Below, piece after piece: positions 47,889 through 58,934 of a stretch of DNA of 64,000 nt. The first letter of the stretch is position 1. Every line of letters starts with the position of its first letter. This DNA is from an uncultured candidate division Zixibacteria bacterium (lineage in GTDB: Bacteria > Zixibacteria > MSB-5A5 > GN15 > FEB-12), in assembly GCA_963735035.1 (NCBI GenBank), contig CAVTJJ010000004.1, positions 576,001 through 640,000 of the forward strand. Direction: 5' to 3'. Both the position numbers and the translations under genes were made by a program. Under the pieces are notes generated by a model that worked only from the letters and a program-made list of their open reading frames with translations, had not been told where the DNA came from and did not search any database.

Positions 47889-48686
47889 TGGTGGACGAGG
47901 ACGTCCATCACGCACGACGGGTGGGATTCTTATGCCAACGGCCGAAAGGCCGTCACCCCCGAGGCGTCGGGGGCCCAGTCAAGTTCGCTGTGAAGAGATA
48001 GTAGACATCAGGAAAGATGCTCGAAACAATTCTCTTATTGAAAACTCGCTCTTGTGAACATCCATCTTGACTGGGTTCCTGCCTTCGCAGGAATGACAGG
48101 ACTCGCGTCCTGTTTCAGAGTCGATCAACCCACAGCAAGCTGTGGGATACCAGGTACGAGTCGGCAGATGTGGGCTCGCCGCGGCGGACCGGGCACTTTG
48201 CACATCAAGCGGCGGGCCGGGCACTCTTCATGAGCGGGCCACACAACTGTCTTGCCCCGCTTCAGGCGTGGCACCCAGTCAGTAGGTCAGGAGCCCTTAG
48301 GCTCCTGACATTTTCTCCTATCTCCGTCATTCCCGGCTTGGCCGGGAATCCATGGGTTGTCGCATTGGCCTCACTCCGGAAGATGACATGAGGGCAAGAT
48401 CTGGAGAAGAATAGCAGATTTCGTTTCTCTTGTGCTGTACTCAGCCATGGCTGTCGCGAGTAGTCATGGGTGCCCGACCAAGTCGGGCATGACGGAATAG
48501 CAACTCTTGACAAGATCTATCAAGATCCCACCCGCTGGGTGGGGTACCGAAGATAGCGTTCCGTACGAGTCGGCAGATGTGGATCCGCCGCGGCGGACCG
48601 GGCACTTTGCACATCAAGCGGCAGGCCGGGCACTCTTCATGAGCGGGTCACAATACTGTCTTGCCCAGCTTCAGGCGGGGCATCCA
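47889..48686. repeat. Large REP/BIME cluster including ~124-bp direct repeats (48154-48277 / 48563-48686)
   Basis: Near-identical units GTACGAGTCGGCAGATGTGG...TTCAGGCG; further palindromes CCCACAGCAAGCTGTGGG, GTCATTCCCGGCTTGGCCGGGAATCCA, CCCGACCAAGTCGGGCATGAC. Confidence 0.9.
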
Positions 48687-48709
48687 GGGGTCGTAGATCG
48701 AATGCCGGA

Positions 48710-49688
48710 TCAGAAAATTCCGAACACCTTCTTGCCGGCCCGCATCACTCCGATAGTCAGCACGATACCCTGGTCGTGGTAATCGTTTAGAGTGACGCTA
48801 TATTCCACCGTGGCAACTACCCTGAAATCATAGGTACGAAACGTCAGGAATCCCCCTTTGAAAAGAAACTCGAAACCGTCACTCGGTTTTTCAGGCTGAT
48901 AATCGTAATAATTTCCGTCATAGACGTAGCCTACCTTATGTGACACGGCATGAAATCCCAACCCGGCTCCGATGAACGGGCTGAAATCCTTCGGACTCAT
49001 CAGGTATAGAAAACCGATGTTGAGCGCGAAACCTTTCCTGATGCCGAGCACAGCATCGACCGTCACATGCCTCAATTCGTAGAAGCTTCGGAAATCCCAG
49101 ACGAAGAGCCGATCCTCGTTATCGTAACCCTTCTGAGGATAGAGATACCCGAACGCTACGCCCCAGGTGGAGTTTGCCTTACGCGACCGGGCCTCTTCGG
49201 TTTCCTGCTCGGTAACGAGGCCGACTTCAGCGGTTTTCTCGGCCGGTGTTTCCTGTACAATACTCGCAGCCACCCGCTTGGAGACCTGATCGAGGTCTTC
49301 GACCCGCAGCGCACTCATCTCATCAGAGAGAACGGTCTTGCCGGCCTGGACATCGACCACGGAATATTGAAAGATGATCTTCTCACCGAGCCGATTCAAG
49401 ACTACCGTAGACCACTTTTGTAGCCTTCACTCGTGAACCGATCTCTGTGGCACAGACGGCGTCCGCACAGCCGCTTTCGGGCAGCAGCGGCTGGATTTCG
49501 CTCCTGGGGACAACTTCGTATTTCTTCAACTGAGTGATCTGGGACACGAGCAGTTGGTAGACGGTTTCCTGAGTCGAGGCATCCACGCCGCTTCCGGCCA
49601 GGGGCAGAACAGCCAGTCGGTCTTCTGCGAGTAGCAGCTGAGGAAGGCATGTGGCGAGGATGGCAACTGCAAACAGGGTTTTCTTCAT
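48710..49688 (-). CDS. Secreted protein with an N-terminal CsgG/TolB-N-like domain (C..AVC) and C-terminal beta-barrel-like region; +1 frameshift at about 49398
   Basis: Signal peptide, LAVLPLAGSGVD, GCADAVCATEIG, KVVYGSL|NRLGEKI joins across frames. Confidence 0.7.
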
Positions 49689-49873
49689 CTGACTTCTCCC
49701 GTGAACGGACTTAGGGACGGTTTCTTTCGCCACTCGGAAAGACCGTCTCCAATATAGATTATTGCCACACGTAATTTATCTCCCATGGGCCGATCGTGCA
49801 ACAGGGGATTTGGCAGGGTGTTTGAGCTCCATTTCGGTCTTGCCCGCGAATCAATTCTGTCGTCCCCCGGTTT

Positions 49874-50057
49874 GGGGCTTGTTGAAGAAGCCCGTCTAAT
49901 CGTCATTGCGGGCGAAGAAGGCCCGCCGCCAGGCGGGACAGCGTAGCGCGGCAATCTCAAGCTTGTTGTGGCAGTGCCATTTGAGATCGCCACGTCTCGC
50001 CCGCGAAGCGCGGTCGAGACTCGCGATGACGGGGAGGGGACTTTTGTCAACACTCCC
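49874..50057 (+). mobile_element. MITE-like element (copy 3)
   Basis: Highly similar to 29918-30099; ends GGGCTTGTTGAAGAAG / CTTTTGTCAACACTCCC; lies inside GTCGTCCCCCGGTTT...GGGGGACCCA. Confidence 0.8.
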
Positions 50058-50165
50058 ATTAGGAGGGGGACCCAGGGTTGTAACTCTTCAAAACTTGCCA
50101 AGAACCCTCCGAAGATGTAGATGTTCTCTTAGTAAGTCGCGGATTTCGAAAGGATGCACCAAATT

Positions 50166-50528
50166 ATGGCTACTGCAGTACTCTACATAATTCTCGGATT
50201 GGCCGCTGGAGCACTTAGCGGATTGATCGGGATCGGTGGCGGGGTGATAATCGTTCCCGCTTTGGTGTTCTTGTTTGGTTTCTCTCAGCATCAGGCCCAG
50301 GGCACGACGCTGGCTTTGCTGGTTCCGCCGATTGGCATTCTGGCGGCAATGACCTACTACAAACAGGGATATGTTGATATCCGAATCGCGGCGCTTGTGG
50401 CCGTGGGTTTTCTGGTGGGCAGTTTGTTCGGTGCGAAATTCGCGGTCGGACTGTCGAATGTGGTGCTTGAGAAAGTATTCGGTGTCGCACTGCTGGTGAT
50501 TGCAATCAAGATGATTTTCGGGAAGTAG
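50166..50528 (+). CDS. TSUP (TauE/SafE) family transporter, half-size
   Basis: AGALSGLIGIGGGVIIVPAL, QHQAQGTTL. Confidence 0.9.
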   Translation: MATAVLYIILGLAAGALSGLIGIGGGVIIVPALVFLFGFSQHQAQGTTLALLVPPIGILAAMTYYKQGYVDIRIAALVAVGFLVGSLFGAKFAVGLSNVVLEKVFGVALLVIAIKMIFGK

Positions 50529-50650
50529 TCTGTGGGGTGGCCCCTCTCCGCCCCTCGCTTTTATCTTGTCACGCACCTAAGCCCCCTGCTACTTAATCAG
50601 TTACAGGAAACCGTCTGCCCCCGGTACACGTACCGGAGCATATAAGGGCT

Positions 50651-51313
50651 ATGAAAGAACCGGTCGTCGAACTCACCGATATTCAGGTCAAACAGGACCG
50701 TGGCGGATACCTCTATCGAGGGCTGAAGCTCACGATCGAATCCGGTCGCTCGGCGGTCATCATCGGTCCGTCCGGTTCTGGCAAGAGCTGGCTGGTTGAC
50801 ATGCTCATCGGTCTGCGACGACCCGACCAGGGGCAAATTGCCGTTCTTGGTCGATCTCTCGTGCCGCTCAAGCGACGTGTCGTCCGCGAAATCCGACGCC
50901 AGATCGGCGGTGTCGGCGGCCCGTTCGGTCTGGTGCCGTCGCTCTCGGTCGCGGAGAACATCACCCTGCCGCTCATACTCAATGCGGAACGGATAGAGGT
51001 CCAACAGGAGCGACTCTTTCGCATGCTCTCCGAGTTCTCGCTCCTGAAACTGGCCAACAAATATCCGCAGCATCTAACCCGGGTCGAAACCACACTGGTG
51101 CAGTTCGCGCGCGCTGCCGTGGCGGATCAGCCGTTGATAATCATCGATGAACCGGCCGCCGGGCTCGATCAGGATAGCTACAAGCGGGTGTTCGAATTTC
51201 TGATCAAGATGGCGCTGACGGGAAGCTCGATGCTCATCCTGGCGTCACAGCCGCCCCCGGCGGAATTGCCCAACAGCCACACCTACCATCTGAATAACGG
51301 AGCGCTCGAATGA
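50651..51313 (+). CDS. ftsE: FtsE-like ABC ATPase with degenerate signature
   Basis: Walker A GPSGSGKS, IIIDEP, RRQIG, VAENITLPL; directly upstream of ftsX and envC. Confidence 0.8.
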   Translation: MKEPVVELTDIQVKQDRGGYLYRGLKLTIESGRSAVIIGPSGSGKSWLVDMLIGLRRPDQGQIAVLGRSLVPLKRRVVREIRRQIGGVGGPFGLVPSLSVAENITLPLILNAERIEVQQERLFRMLSEFSLLKLANKYPQHLTRVETTLVQFARAAVADQPLIIIDEPAAGLDQDSYKRVFEFLIKMALTGSSMLILASQPPPAELPNSHTYHLNNGALE

Positions 51314-52170
51314 TCCGCGCAGCATACATCCTGCGCGAAATCGGCCGCGACTTGCTCCGCAATCTCGGCACGGTGCTGGCGTCGCTTCTGTCGCTCACGT
51401 TGTTGCTGTTGCTGTTCGATCTCTTCTGGGTTGCCTCGGGGACCGCCGACAAGTTCTACAAAGACCTTCTGTCCGAGTTGCGGGTCGAAGTATTTGTCGA
51501 CGAGGCCGTGTCTGATTCGACTCTGTCCGATGTGACGGTCAAGCTGCTCCAGGTCGAGGGTGTGACCGATTTCGAATTCATCTCGCGCGAAGAAGCCCGT
51601 CGCCGTCTGACCGACATGGTTGGAACGGACTTGCTGGTCGGTTATGATTCCACCAACCCGCTGCCACGCTCCTATATGCTGAAGATCGACGAGGCCCATC
51701 GCAACGGCGAAGCTCTGTTGAAAATGGAAAAATCGCTGCGTGAGATCGAAGGCCTAAGCGAAATTCATTACAGTCGGGAATGGCTCGAAAAGACTGAGAA
51801 GGTGAAGGGCATAATTCTTCGGATAGGTCTGGTGCTGGGGATTCTTACCTTCGCCGGGGCGTTACTTGCGTCGGCCAACAATATGCGTCTGATGACACGC
51901 GCGCAGGCGATCGGGTTCAGGCAGAAATTGCTGCTGGGCGCCGGACGTATGTTTGTGGCTATGCCATCGCTGGTCGAGAGTTTTCTTATCGCCGGGCTGG
52001 CGGCGGTCATTGGCTGGGGTTTGATATTCTACGGTCGCACCAAGATCGTCTTCGAAAGTATCGAGATCGTCTTCCCGCCCCGGCACAAGATTATTTTGTT
52101 CTGTCTGGGTATGGCGTTCCTGGGAGCTATAAGCGGGCTGCTCGGTTTGCGCAAGATGCTGAGGGACTGA
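51310..52170 (+). CDS. ftsX: Cell division permease FtsX
   Basis: TM1, FISREEA, NPLPRSY, LLGA..FVAMPSLVES, four TMs. Confidence 0.9.
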   Translation: MIRAAYILREIGRDLLRNLGTVLASLLSLTLLLLLFDLFWVASGTADKFYKDLLSELRVEVFVDEAVSDSTLSDVTVKLLQVEGVTDFEFISREEARRRLTDMVGTDLLVGYDSTNPLPRSYMLKIDEAHRNGEALLKMEKSLREIEGLSEIHYSREWLEKTEKVKGIILRIGLVLGILTFAGALLASANNMRLMTRAQAIGFRQKLLLGAGRMFVAMPSLVESFLIAGLAAVIGWGLIFYGRTKIVFESIEIVFPPRHKIILFCLGMAFLGAISGLLGLRKMLRD

Positions 52171-52171
52171 G

Positions 52172-53335
52172 ATGAAACCGCTCTTGCTGTCATTTCTGCT
52201 GCTCTTGTTGTGTGGATCGACCGCGGCCCTGGCCGGCGAAAAATCCAATGACATCCTACGTCAGAAGCAGGAGCTGGAGAAGATTCAGAAGGATGTCGCC
52301 TCAGGCCAGAAGCGACTAGACTCGCTCGAGGCGGAGCAGACGCGGGTTCAGAAGGCGATCAGCAAGTACGACGAGAAGATGTCATCGGACCGCAAGGTCG
52401 TTAAACGCCTCACGAATGATTTGAAGAAGATCCAGGCCGACATTGCGCAGGGTGATTCGCTTCTGGCGCAGGCCCATGAAATGTACGATCGGAGCCAGAG
52501 GCGATACCTGGGCAACATCCGTCAGTTCTACGCGCTCGCCAGCCAGCCGACCATCTCGCTGGGTGGTATGCCGAACGAAGAGATAGAGCATCAACGCCGC
52601 CTGGTCTATCTTACTGCCGTCGCTGACTTCGAGTCGGGCACGATCCGCGACGCCTCCGATCTGGTTACCCGTTCCGCCGATGCCCTCAGCGGCATGAGCG
52701 AACGCCAGAAACAGATTTCCGGCCTGAAGAAACAGCGCGAAACCAGCTATGCGCTGGGGGAGAGTCAGCGCCAGAGGCAAGAAAAGAACCTGAATCAGCT
52801 TCGTCACAAGAGTATGACCGAGGCCGACCGGGTGATTAGTCTTCGCCAGGCCGCCGAGGAAATGCAAAATATCGTGGCGCGCCTGGAGGAAGCCCGAGCC
52901 AAACGCGTGGCTGCGAAGCCCGAGACCGGGCCATCGATATTCGCCGGCATGCAGGGACAATTGCTGGCCCCATTCAAGGGCAAAATCACGGAGACGTATG
53001 GCGAGCATGTCGATCAGGTCTCGCGGCTGAAGTCTTTCTCGCCCGGTATAACTATTCAGGGTAAGGCGCGCGGCGAAGTTCTCGCGGTGGCGTCCGGGAC
53101 AATCGCGTATTCCGGCAATTTGCGCGGGTACGGCAATTTTGTTATTATCAACCATGACCATCAGTACTACAGCACTTACGCCGGACTTGGTGAAATCCTG
53201 GTTTCCGAAGGGCAGTATGTTTCGTCGCGCACCCGGATCGGCAAGGCCGAAGCCAGTGGTACGGTCAGGTTTGAACTGCGCAACGGGCGGGAAGCCCTCG
53301 ACCCGGTGAAATGGATCAGAATTGAATCGCTTTGA
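52172..53335 (+). CDS. envC: Murein hydrolase activator EnvC (coiled coil plus degenerate M23 domain)
   Basis: Signal peptide, long coiled coil, GITIQG, VASGTIAYSG.LRGYGNFVIINH, FELRNG..LDPVKW. Confidence 0.88.
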   Translation: MKPLLLSFLLLLLCGSTAALAGEKSNDILRQKQELEKIQKDVASGQKRLDSLEAEQTRVQKAISKYDEKMSSDRKVVKRLTNDLKKIQADIAQGDSLLAQAHEMYDRSQRRYLGNIRQFYALASQPTISLGGMPNEEIEHQRRLVYLTAVADFESGTIRDASDLVTRSADALSGMSERQKQISGLKKQRETSYALGESQRQRQEKNLNQLRHKSMTEADRVISLRQAAEEMQNIVARLEEARAKRVAAKPETGPSIFAGMQGQLLAPFKGKITETYGEHVDQVSRLKSFSPGITIQGKARGEVLAVASGTIAYSGNLRGYGNFVIINHDHQYYSTYAGLGEILVSEGQYVSSRTRIGKAEASGTVRFELRNGREALDPVKWIRIESL

Positions 53336-54470
53336 CATAGTAAAAGGCCAGCCCAAAGCCTGGTCGATCCTGGCCCGGGCGCACGCGGCGTCGAAAGTGG
53401 CCTCGACCTATCTCTTATGCGGCCCCGACGGAGTCGGCGCGTGGAGCCTGGCGGTCGAATTCGCGGCGTTGTTGAACTGTGAATCACCGAAGGAACTGAC
53501 TCCAACCGAAGGCATCCGCCGCCCCTGCGGTGTATGTCGTTCCTGTCATAGCATCTTTGGTCTCAACTCCGAGGGCATTCACCCGGTTGTGCCGATAGGA
53601 ACGCACAAGAATCTGGAAGAAGCGATTGATCTGACCAACCAGACGCTCGAGATGAAGCGAACCGAGCCGTTCCAGCTTCTCGATCGCACCAAGTCCATCA
53701 ACATCCCGATTGAACTGGCGAGGGAAACCAAGCGACGGCTATCGCTGCGGGCGTCGGAAGGCATGACGCGGGTCGTGCTGTTCTATCATATGGATGATAT
53801 GCAGTGGTCATCGGCCGATGCTCTACTGAAAATGATCGAGGAGCCACCGTCCGGCACGATCATCATCATGACCTCGGGGCGCCCTGAGGGCCTGCCGCCG
53901 ACCATTCTTTCACGCGCCCAGAAGATTCGTCTGACCCCTCTTCCGGAGGAGATGGTGGTCGAATATCTGACTGTCAATTATGGCGCGTCAGATATCGCCG
54001 CGCGGACCGCGTCGCGCGTCTCGAAAAGATCGCTCGGGCGGGCTATCGCGGTGCTGCCCTCACAGGAGGGGGAAGAATCGGACCCGCGCCAGGTCGGCCT
54101 GATGTTGTTCAAGAGCTTGATGAGTGAATCGTCGGTCGAGCTTGCTGAGCAGATGGGCAAGCTGCTCGATTTCCGGGACCGGGGTGCGGCACAGGAGCTT
54201 GTCAGGCTGTGGCAGTCGTTGATTCGGGATTGCGCCTACTATTCCAACACCTCGGACGAGACTGAAATAGTCAATGTGGATTTCTTCCCCATCCTCAAGC
54301 AATTTGCCCCGCGCCTGGGCGAGGCGGCGGTTGCCAGACGTATGGTCGAAGGCACCAAGATTGCACTTGCCGACCTTGATCTGAATGTGCATATTCAGCC
54401 TGCGTTAGTTGCTATGGCCCTTAAACTTAAGGCCGCAATGGAGACGGGCGGCGGAAACGACGCCCAATAA
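53322..54470 (+). CDS. holB: DNA polymerase III subunit delta'
   Basis: IVKGQ, YLLCGPDGVG, CGVCRSC Zn site, ADALLKMIEEPP, PTILSR; precedes PSP1-metG. Confidence 0.88.
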   Translation: MNRFDIVKGQPKAWSILARAHAASKVASTYLLCGPDGVGAWSLAVEFAALLNCESPKELTPTEGIRRPCGVCRSCHSIFGLNSEGIHPVVPIGTHKNLEEAIDLTNQTLEMKRTEPFQLLDRTKSINIPIELARETKRRLSLRASEGMTRVVLFYHMDDMQWSSADALLKMIEEPPSGTIIIMTSGRPEGLPPTILSRAQKIRLTPLPEEMVVEYLTVNYGASDIAARTASRVSKRSLGRAIAVLPSQEGEESDPRQVGLMLFKSLMSESSVELAEQMGKLLDFRDRGAAQELVRLWQSLIRDCAYYSNTSDETEIVNVDFFPILKQFAPRLGEAAVARRMVEGTKIALADLDLNVHIQPALVAMALKLKAAMETGGGNDAQ

Positions 54471-54476
54471 ACTGAT

Positions 54477-55385
54477 TTGGCCGAGTTGTTTCAAGTAGAA
54501 TTCAAAGGCTCCCGTCGGGAGTTCTTCTTCAATAGCTATCATCATGCCTTGAAGCTGAATGAGCATGTCATCGTGCAGGCCGAGCAAGGTGAGGACATGG
54601 GTCGGCTCATCAAACGGCTGGAGCATGAGATATCGCCGGATGCCAAGATCAAGCCGAGATCTATCCTGCGCAAAGCGGGCGACGAAGATATGGCCCGCTA
54701 TCTCCGGCTCAAAGACGATGAAGAGCGGTTCAAGCGGGAAGTAGTCAGCGCCATTCGAAAGCATGGTCTGGCGATGAAAGTGGTCGATGTCGAATGTCTC
54801 TTCGACGGCGGCAAGATCACGTTCTTCTTCACGGCCGACCACCGGGTTGATTTTCGCGCCCTGGTGCGCGACCTGGCGTCGCGCTATCGCACGCGCATAG
54901 AACTACGGCAGATCGGCGTGCGCGATGAAGCGCGGCGGCTCGATGGTTTCGGCGTCTGCGGCCGGCGTCAGTGCTGCAACTGTCACATCCGGGATTTCGC
55001 GCCGGTATCGACATCGCATGCCCGGGAGCAGGATCTTTCGCTCAACCCGGCTAAGATTTCCGGCAATTGCGGCCGCCTGCTCTGTTGTCTCCGCTATGAA
55101 GCCGATTACTACACCGAAGTGAAAAAGCAGTTTCCGCCGGTCGGCTCCACGATTCAGACCGACCTGGGCACCGGACGCATAAATCGGATCGATGTTTTCC
55201 GAGGGGAAGCGCTCTTCGTGAACGAGGAAGAGGCTCACTGTCGCGCCTGTCCGAAAGATATCAAGAACGTGGTCGACACCCGGGGACGGTGGGATGCTCC
55301 AAGACGATCCGACGACATCCCGCTCGACGAAGAAGAACGTCGACGTCTGGCACAATTGGACGACGAATCCCCGAACAATCACTAA
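54477..55385 (+). CDS. ricT: PSP1/RicT (YaaT) family protein
   Basis: FFFTADHRVDFRALVRDLA, RIELRQIGVRDEAR, CGRRQCC, KISGNCGRLLCCLRYE. Confidence 0.93.
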   Translation: MAELFQVEFKGSRREFFFNSYHHALKLNEHVIVQAEQGEDMGRLIKRLEHEISPDAKIKPRSILRKAGDEDMARYLRLKDDEERFKREVVSAIRKHGLAMKVVDVECLFDGGKITFFFTADHRVDFRALVRDLASRYRTRIELRQIGVRDEARRLDGFGVCGRRQCCNCHIRDFAPVSTSHAREQDLSLNPAKISGNCGRLLCCLRYEADYYTEVKKQFPPVGSTIQTDLGTGRINRIDVFRGEALFVNEEEAHCRACPKDIKNVVDTRGRWDAPRRSDDIPLDEEERRRLAQLDDESPNNH

Positions 55386-55406
55386 TTTCCGAAACGAGGT
55401 CCATCC

Positions 55407-57327
55407 GTGGTGAGACCATTCTATGTAACGACGCCGATCTATTATGTCAATGACGCCCCCCATATCGGGCATGCTTATACAACTATCGCGGCCGACATGC
55501 TCGCCCGGTTTCATCGTCTGGCCGGACGCGAGGCCTACTTTCTGACAGGCACCGATGAGCACGGCAGCAAAGTGGCCGATGCCGCCCGCGCCGCCGGTAA
55601 GACGCCCCAGGAGTTTTGTGATACGATCGTCGCCAAGTACGTCAACACCTGGAAAGCGCTAGACATCGAGAACGACTATTTCATTCGCACCACTTCCGAG
55701 CGACACGCCAAGGGCGTTCATAAAATTCTCGATGTGATGCTGAAGGCCAAGACCCCTGACGGTCGCGAGGTGGTTTACTCCGATTATTACGAAGGGCTGT
55801 ACTGTACCGGATGCGAGAAGTTCATTACTGAGAAAGACCTCGTGGACGGGCTCTGTCCTGACCACAAGCGCGCTCCTGAAAAGATTCGTGAGAAGAACTA
55901 CTTCTTCCGACTGACGGCCTACGTGGCGAAGATCAAGCAGATGATCGAGTCGGGCGAGATGGTCATTCTGCCGGAGGAACGCCGTCGCGAAGTGCTCGGT
56001 CTGATCGGTCAGGACCTGCCTGATTTCTCTTTGTCGCGTGAAAGAGTGGAGTGGGGCATCTCGCTGCCGTTCGATTCGAGCCAGGTGGCGTATGTCTGGG
56101 TCGACGCGCTTTCCAATTACATTACTGCGATAGGCTACGGCGACGATCCGACATTCTTCGAGAAATGGTGGGCCAAGAGCGAAGTGGTTCACCTCATGGC
56201 CAAGGACATTCTCAAGTTCCACTGTCTCTATTGGCCGGCGATGCTGATGGCGGCTGGATTGAAAGTGCCGGACACGATGTTCCTGCACGGTTTCTTCACG
56301 GTCGATGGCGACAAGATGTCGAAGACGCTCGGCAATCAGATCGACCCCAACGATATGGTACGCCAGTTCGGCCCCGACGGAACCCGGTATTTGTTGCTGA
56401 CGCAGTATCCATTCGGTCTCGACGGGGATATACAGGCCAAGCGGTTCGTGACACAGTATAATTCCGACCTCGCCAATGATCTTGGCAATTTGGTTTCGCG
56501 GGTGCTGAAGATTGTCCAGACGAATTGCGATGGTACGGGTCCCGAAACCGGCGCGGGGTATCGACGGACTCGACGAATTGATGGCGGCGGCGGAGAAACT
56601 TCCCGGCGCGACTTATGAATATATCAAGCAGTATCAGTTGACGCATGCGATTGGCGAATCGATGAAACTCATTCGCCAGGCCAACAAGTTCTTCAACGAT
56701 ACCACCCCCTGGATTCTGGCCCGCAACGGCGAAACCGAGAAGTTGGGCGGAATCCTGTATGCATGCCTTGAGGTGATGCGGATTGTTTCGGTGACGCTCT
56801 ATCCGATCATGCCGAGGAAGATGAAAGAACTCCGCACGGTGCTTGGTCTGGACGACCGGAATCTCACTCTTGAAAATGCCCAGGTGTTTTTCGAATTACA
56901 GCCCGGCACCCCGGTGAATGTCACTCAGCCGATCTTCCCACGCATCGAGGTGGCAGAAAAGAAGGCCGAGAGACCGGAGCCGGTCGCAGTCGTTTCGACC
57001 GAAGGATTGATCGACATTTCCGAATTCGGTCGGGTTGAACTACGCGTGGCCCAGGTGCTCGAAGCTGAGCGGGTGCAGGGCGCCGACCGCCTGTTGAAAC
57101 TTCAGATCACTCTCGGCGATGAGAAGCGGCAGATTGTTGCCGGCATCGCGGAATTCTATACACCGGAGCAGATTGTCGGCAAGAAAGTAATTGTCGTGGC
57201 GAACCTGAAGCCGACTATGATTCGCGGCCACGAATCGCGTGGCATGCTGCTGGCCGCCAAGAAGGGGAGCCAGCTTTCGGTCGTGACCGTCGACCGCGAC
57301 CTGCCGCCCGGCGCCAAGGTCAGTTAA
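55407..57327 (+). CDS. metG: Methionine--tRNA ligase, split by a +1 frameshift at about 56532-56539
   Basis: YVTTPIYYVN, HIGH, TGTDEHG, KDILKFH, KMSKT, LANDLGNL; C-terminal tRNA-binding domain in the second frame. Confidence 0.96.
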
Positions 57328-58103
57328 TGATCGACTCGCATTGTCATATCGATTTCCGTGATTTCGACCGCGACCGTGACGATGTCCTCCGCGAGGCTCG
57401 CGACGCGGGCGTGCACACGATCATTGATGTCGGGGTCGATCTCGAAACTTCCCGCAAGGCCATCCAACTTGCCTCCCAGTCTGAGATGATGTTCGCCACG
57501 GTGGGCGTGCATCCGCATGATGCCAAGAGTTTCGATGAGACAACCCTCGCCGAGTTCCGCAAGCTTGCGAAACAACCTAAAGTCGTCGCGATAGGGGAGA
57601 TCGGGCTTGATTTCTACCGCGATATGTCGCCGCGCCCGGTGCAGAAGACAGTCTTTCATCAGCAGATGCAGCTCGCAGCAGAACTGAAATTGCCCGTCGT
57701 GATTCACACTCGCGAGGCTTTTCGCGAGACAATATTGATTGCGGCCGAATATGCGGGACTAATCCCCGGCGGCGTGTTTCATTGTTTTCCGGGAGACGTT
57801 GACGAGGCTCTCGAAACAATTGAAGCCGGATTTCATTTGGGTATCGGCGGAGTGGTGACATACGATAAGTCGAAGATGGCCCGTGTCGCGGCGGCTGTCC
57901 CACTCGACAAGATGATTTTGGAAACCGACGCACCTTATTTGACTCCGGTGCCGTTTCGGGGGAAGACCAATCGACCCTCGTACGTGCGATTCGTGCGAGA
58001 CAAGATCGCCGAACTTCGCGGCATTACTCCCGCCGAAGTGGAAAAGATCACCGACCGCTCCTGCAAGAAACTATTCGGTTTGGCTGAGACGTTCGGGGGC
58101 TAG
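57327..58103 (+). CDS. tatD: TatD family DNase
   Basis: DSHCH, GVHPH, GEIGLDF, IHTREA, FHCF, ETDAPYL. Confidence 0.95.
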   Translation: MIDSHCHIDFRDFDRDRDDVLREARDAGVHTIIDVGVDLETSRKAIQLASQSEMMFATVGVHPHDAKSFDETTLAEFRKLAKQPKVVAIGEIGLDFYRDMSPRPVQKTVFHQQMQLAAELKLPVVIHTREAFRETILIAAEYAGLIPGGVFHCFPGDVDEALETIEAGFHLGIGGVVTYDKSKMARVAAAVPLDKMILETDAPYLTPVPFRGKTNRPSYVRFVRDKIAELRGITPAEVEKITDRSCKKLFGLAETFGG

Positions 58104-58105
58104 TC

Positions 58106-58906
58106 GTGTCATCCTACCATGCCAAGAAGCGATTGGGGCAGAATTTCCTTAAGACCGATTCGGTCATAGATCGGGTCGTTGGTCTGTTAGATCCGAAGGC
58201 AGAAGACACGGTTGTTGAAATCGGCCCCGGTCGTGGCGCCCTCACACTACCTCTGGCAGCATCGGGTGCGACTGTGTGGGCGATCGAATTCGACCGCGAC
58301 CTGGTGGGGTATCTCACGGCGCTCCTGAAGAAGCACGACAACGTCAAGCTGGTCCACGGTGACTTTCTCGCCTTCGATCCGGTCTATGTGCCCGGCGAAC
58401 GATTCAAGCTGATTGGCAACCTGCCGTATAATATCACCTCGCCGGTGATTGACTGGTGTCTGAAATATCGCAGCCGCATCGACTGTGCGGTGTTGATGGT
58501 GCAGAGAGAACTGGGTGCTCGCATAGCCGCGTCTGCCGGGGGCAAAGACTGGTCGCCGCTTTCAATTCTGACTCAGATGGTGTTTGATGTTGAGCAGGTG
58601 TTCGACGTGGCCCCGTCGCACTTTCATCCCCGCCCCGAAGTAACTTCGACCGTGCTCAAGCTTACGCCTCGCGCTGGAGTATATTCTGAGCTGCCCGGTT
58701 CATTCGAGCGGATCGTGCGGGCGTCGTTTCGGCACCGTCGCAAACTATTGGTCAATAATCTTGCGCTGGAAGTTGATGCGAATAGCGCCACGTTGGCGTC
58801 GGTGATGGCCGAATGCGGCCTGACGGGTACGGTGCGGGCGGAAGAGATCGACATCGAAAAGTTTTTGGCATTGACTGAAGCGTTGGAGCGACATAAGCTG
58901 GTGTGA
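58106..58906 (+). CDS. rsmA: 16S rRNA m6,2A dimethyltransferase
   Basis: KKRLGQNFL, EIGPGRGALT, GNLPYNIT, MVQRE, FHPRPEVTS. Confidence 0.96.
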   Translation: MSSYHAKKRLGQNFLKTDSVIDRVVGLLDPKAEDTVVEIGPGRGALTLPLAASGATVWAIEFDRDLVGYLTALLKKHDNVKLVHGDFLAFDPVYVPGERFKLIGNLPYNITSPVIDWCLKYRSRIDCAVLMVQRELGARIAASAGGKDWSPLSILTQMVFDVEQVFDVAPSHFHPRPEVTSTVLKLTPRAGVYSELPGSFERIVRASFRHRRKLLVNNLALEVDANSATLASVMAECGLTGTVRAEEIDIEKFLALTEALERHKLV

Positions 58907-58934
58907 TACAGTTGAGTTAGACTCTGTCCGTATG

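Noticed and set aside
47979..48782. Short ORFs across REP and MITE clusters (also 6128-6415, 24443-24757, 38662-39019, 49685-50190)
   Set aside because: They are translations of palindromic repeats; the same pseudo-peptides recur wherever the repeats occur.
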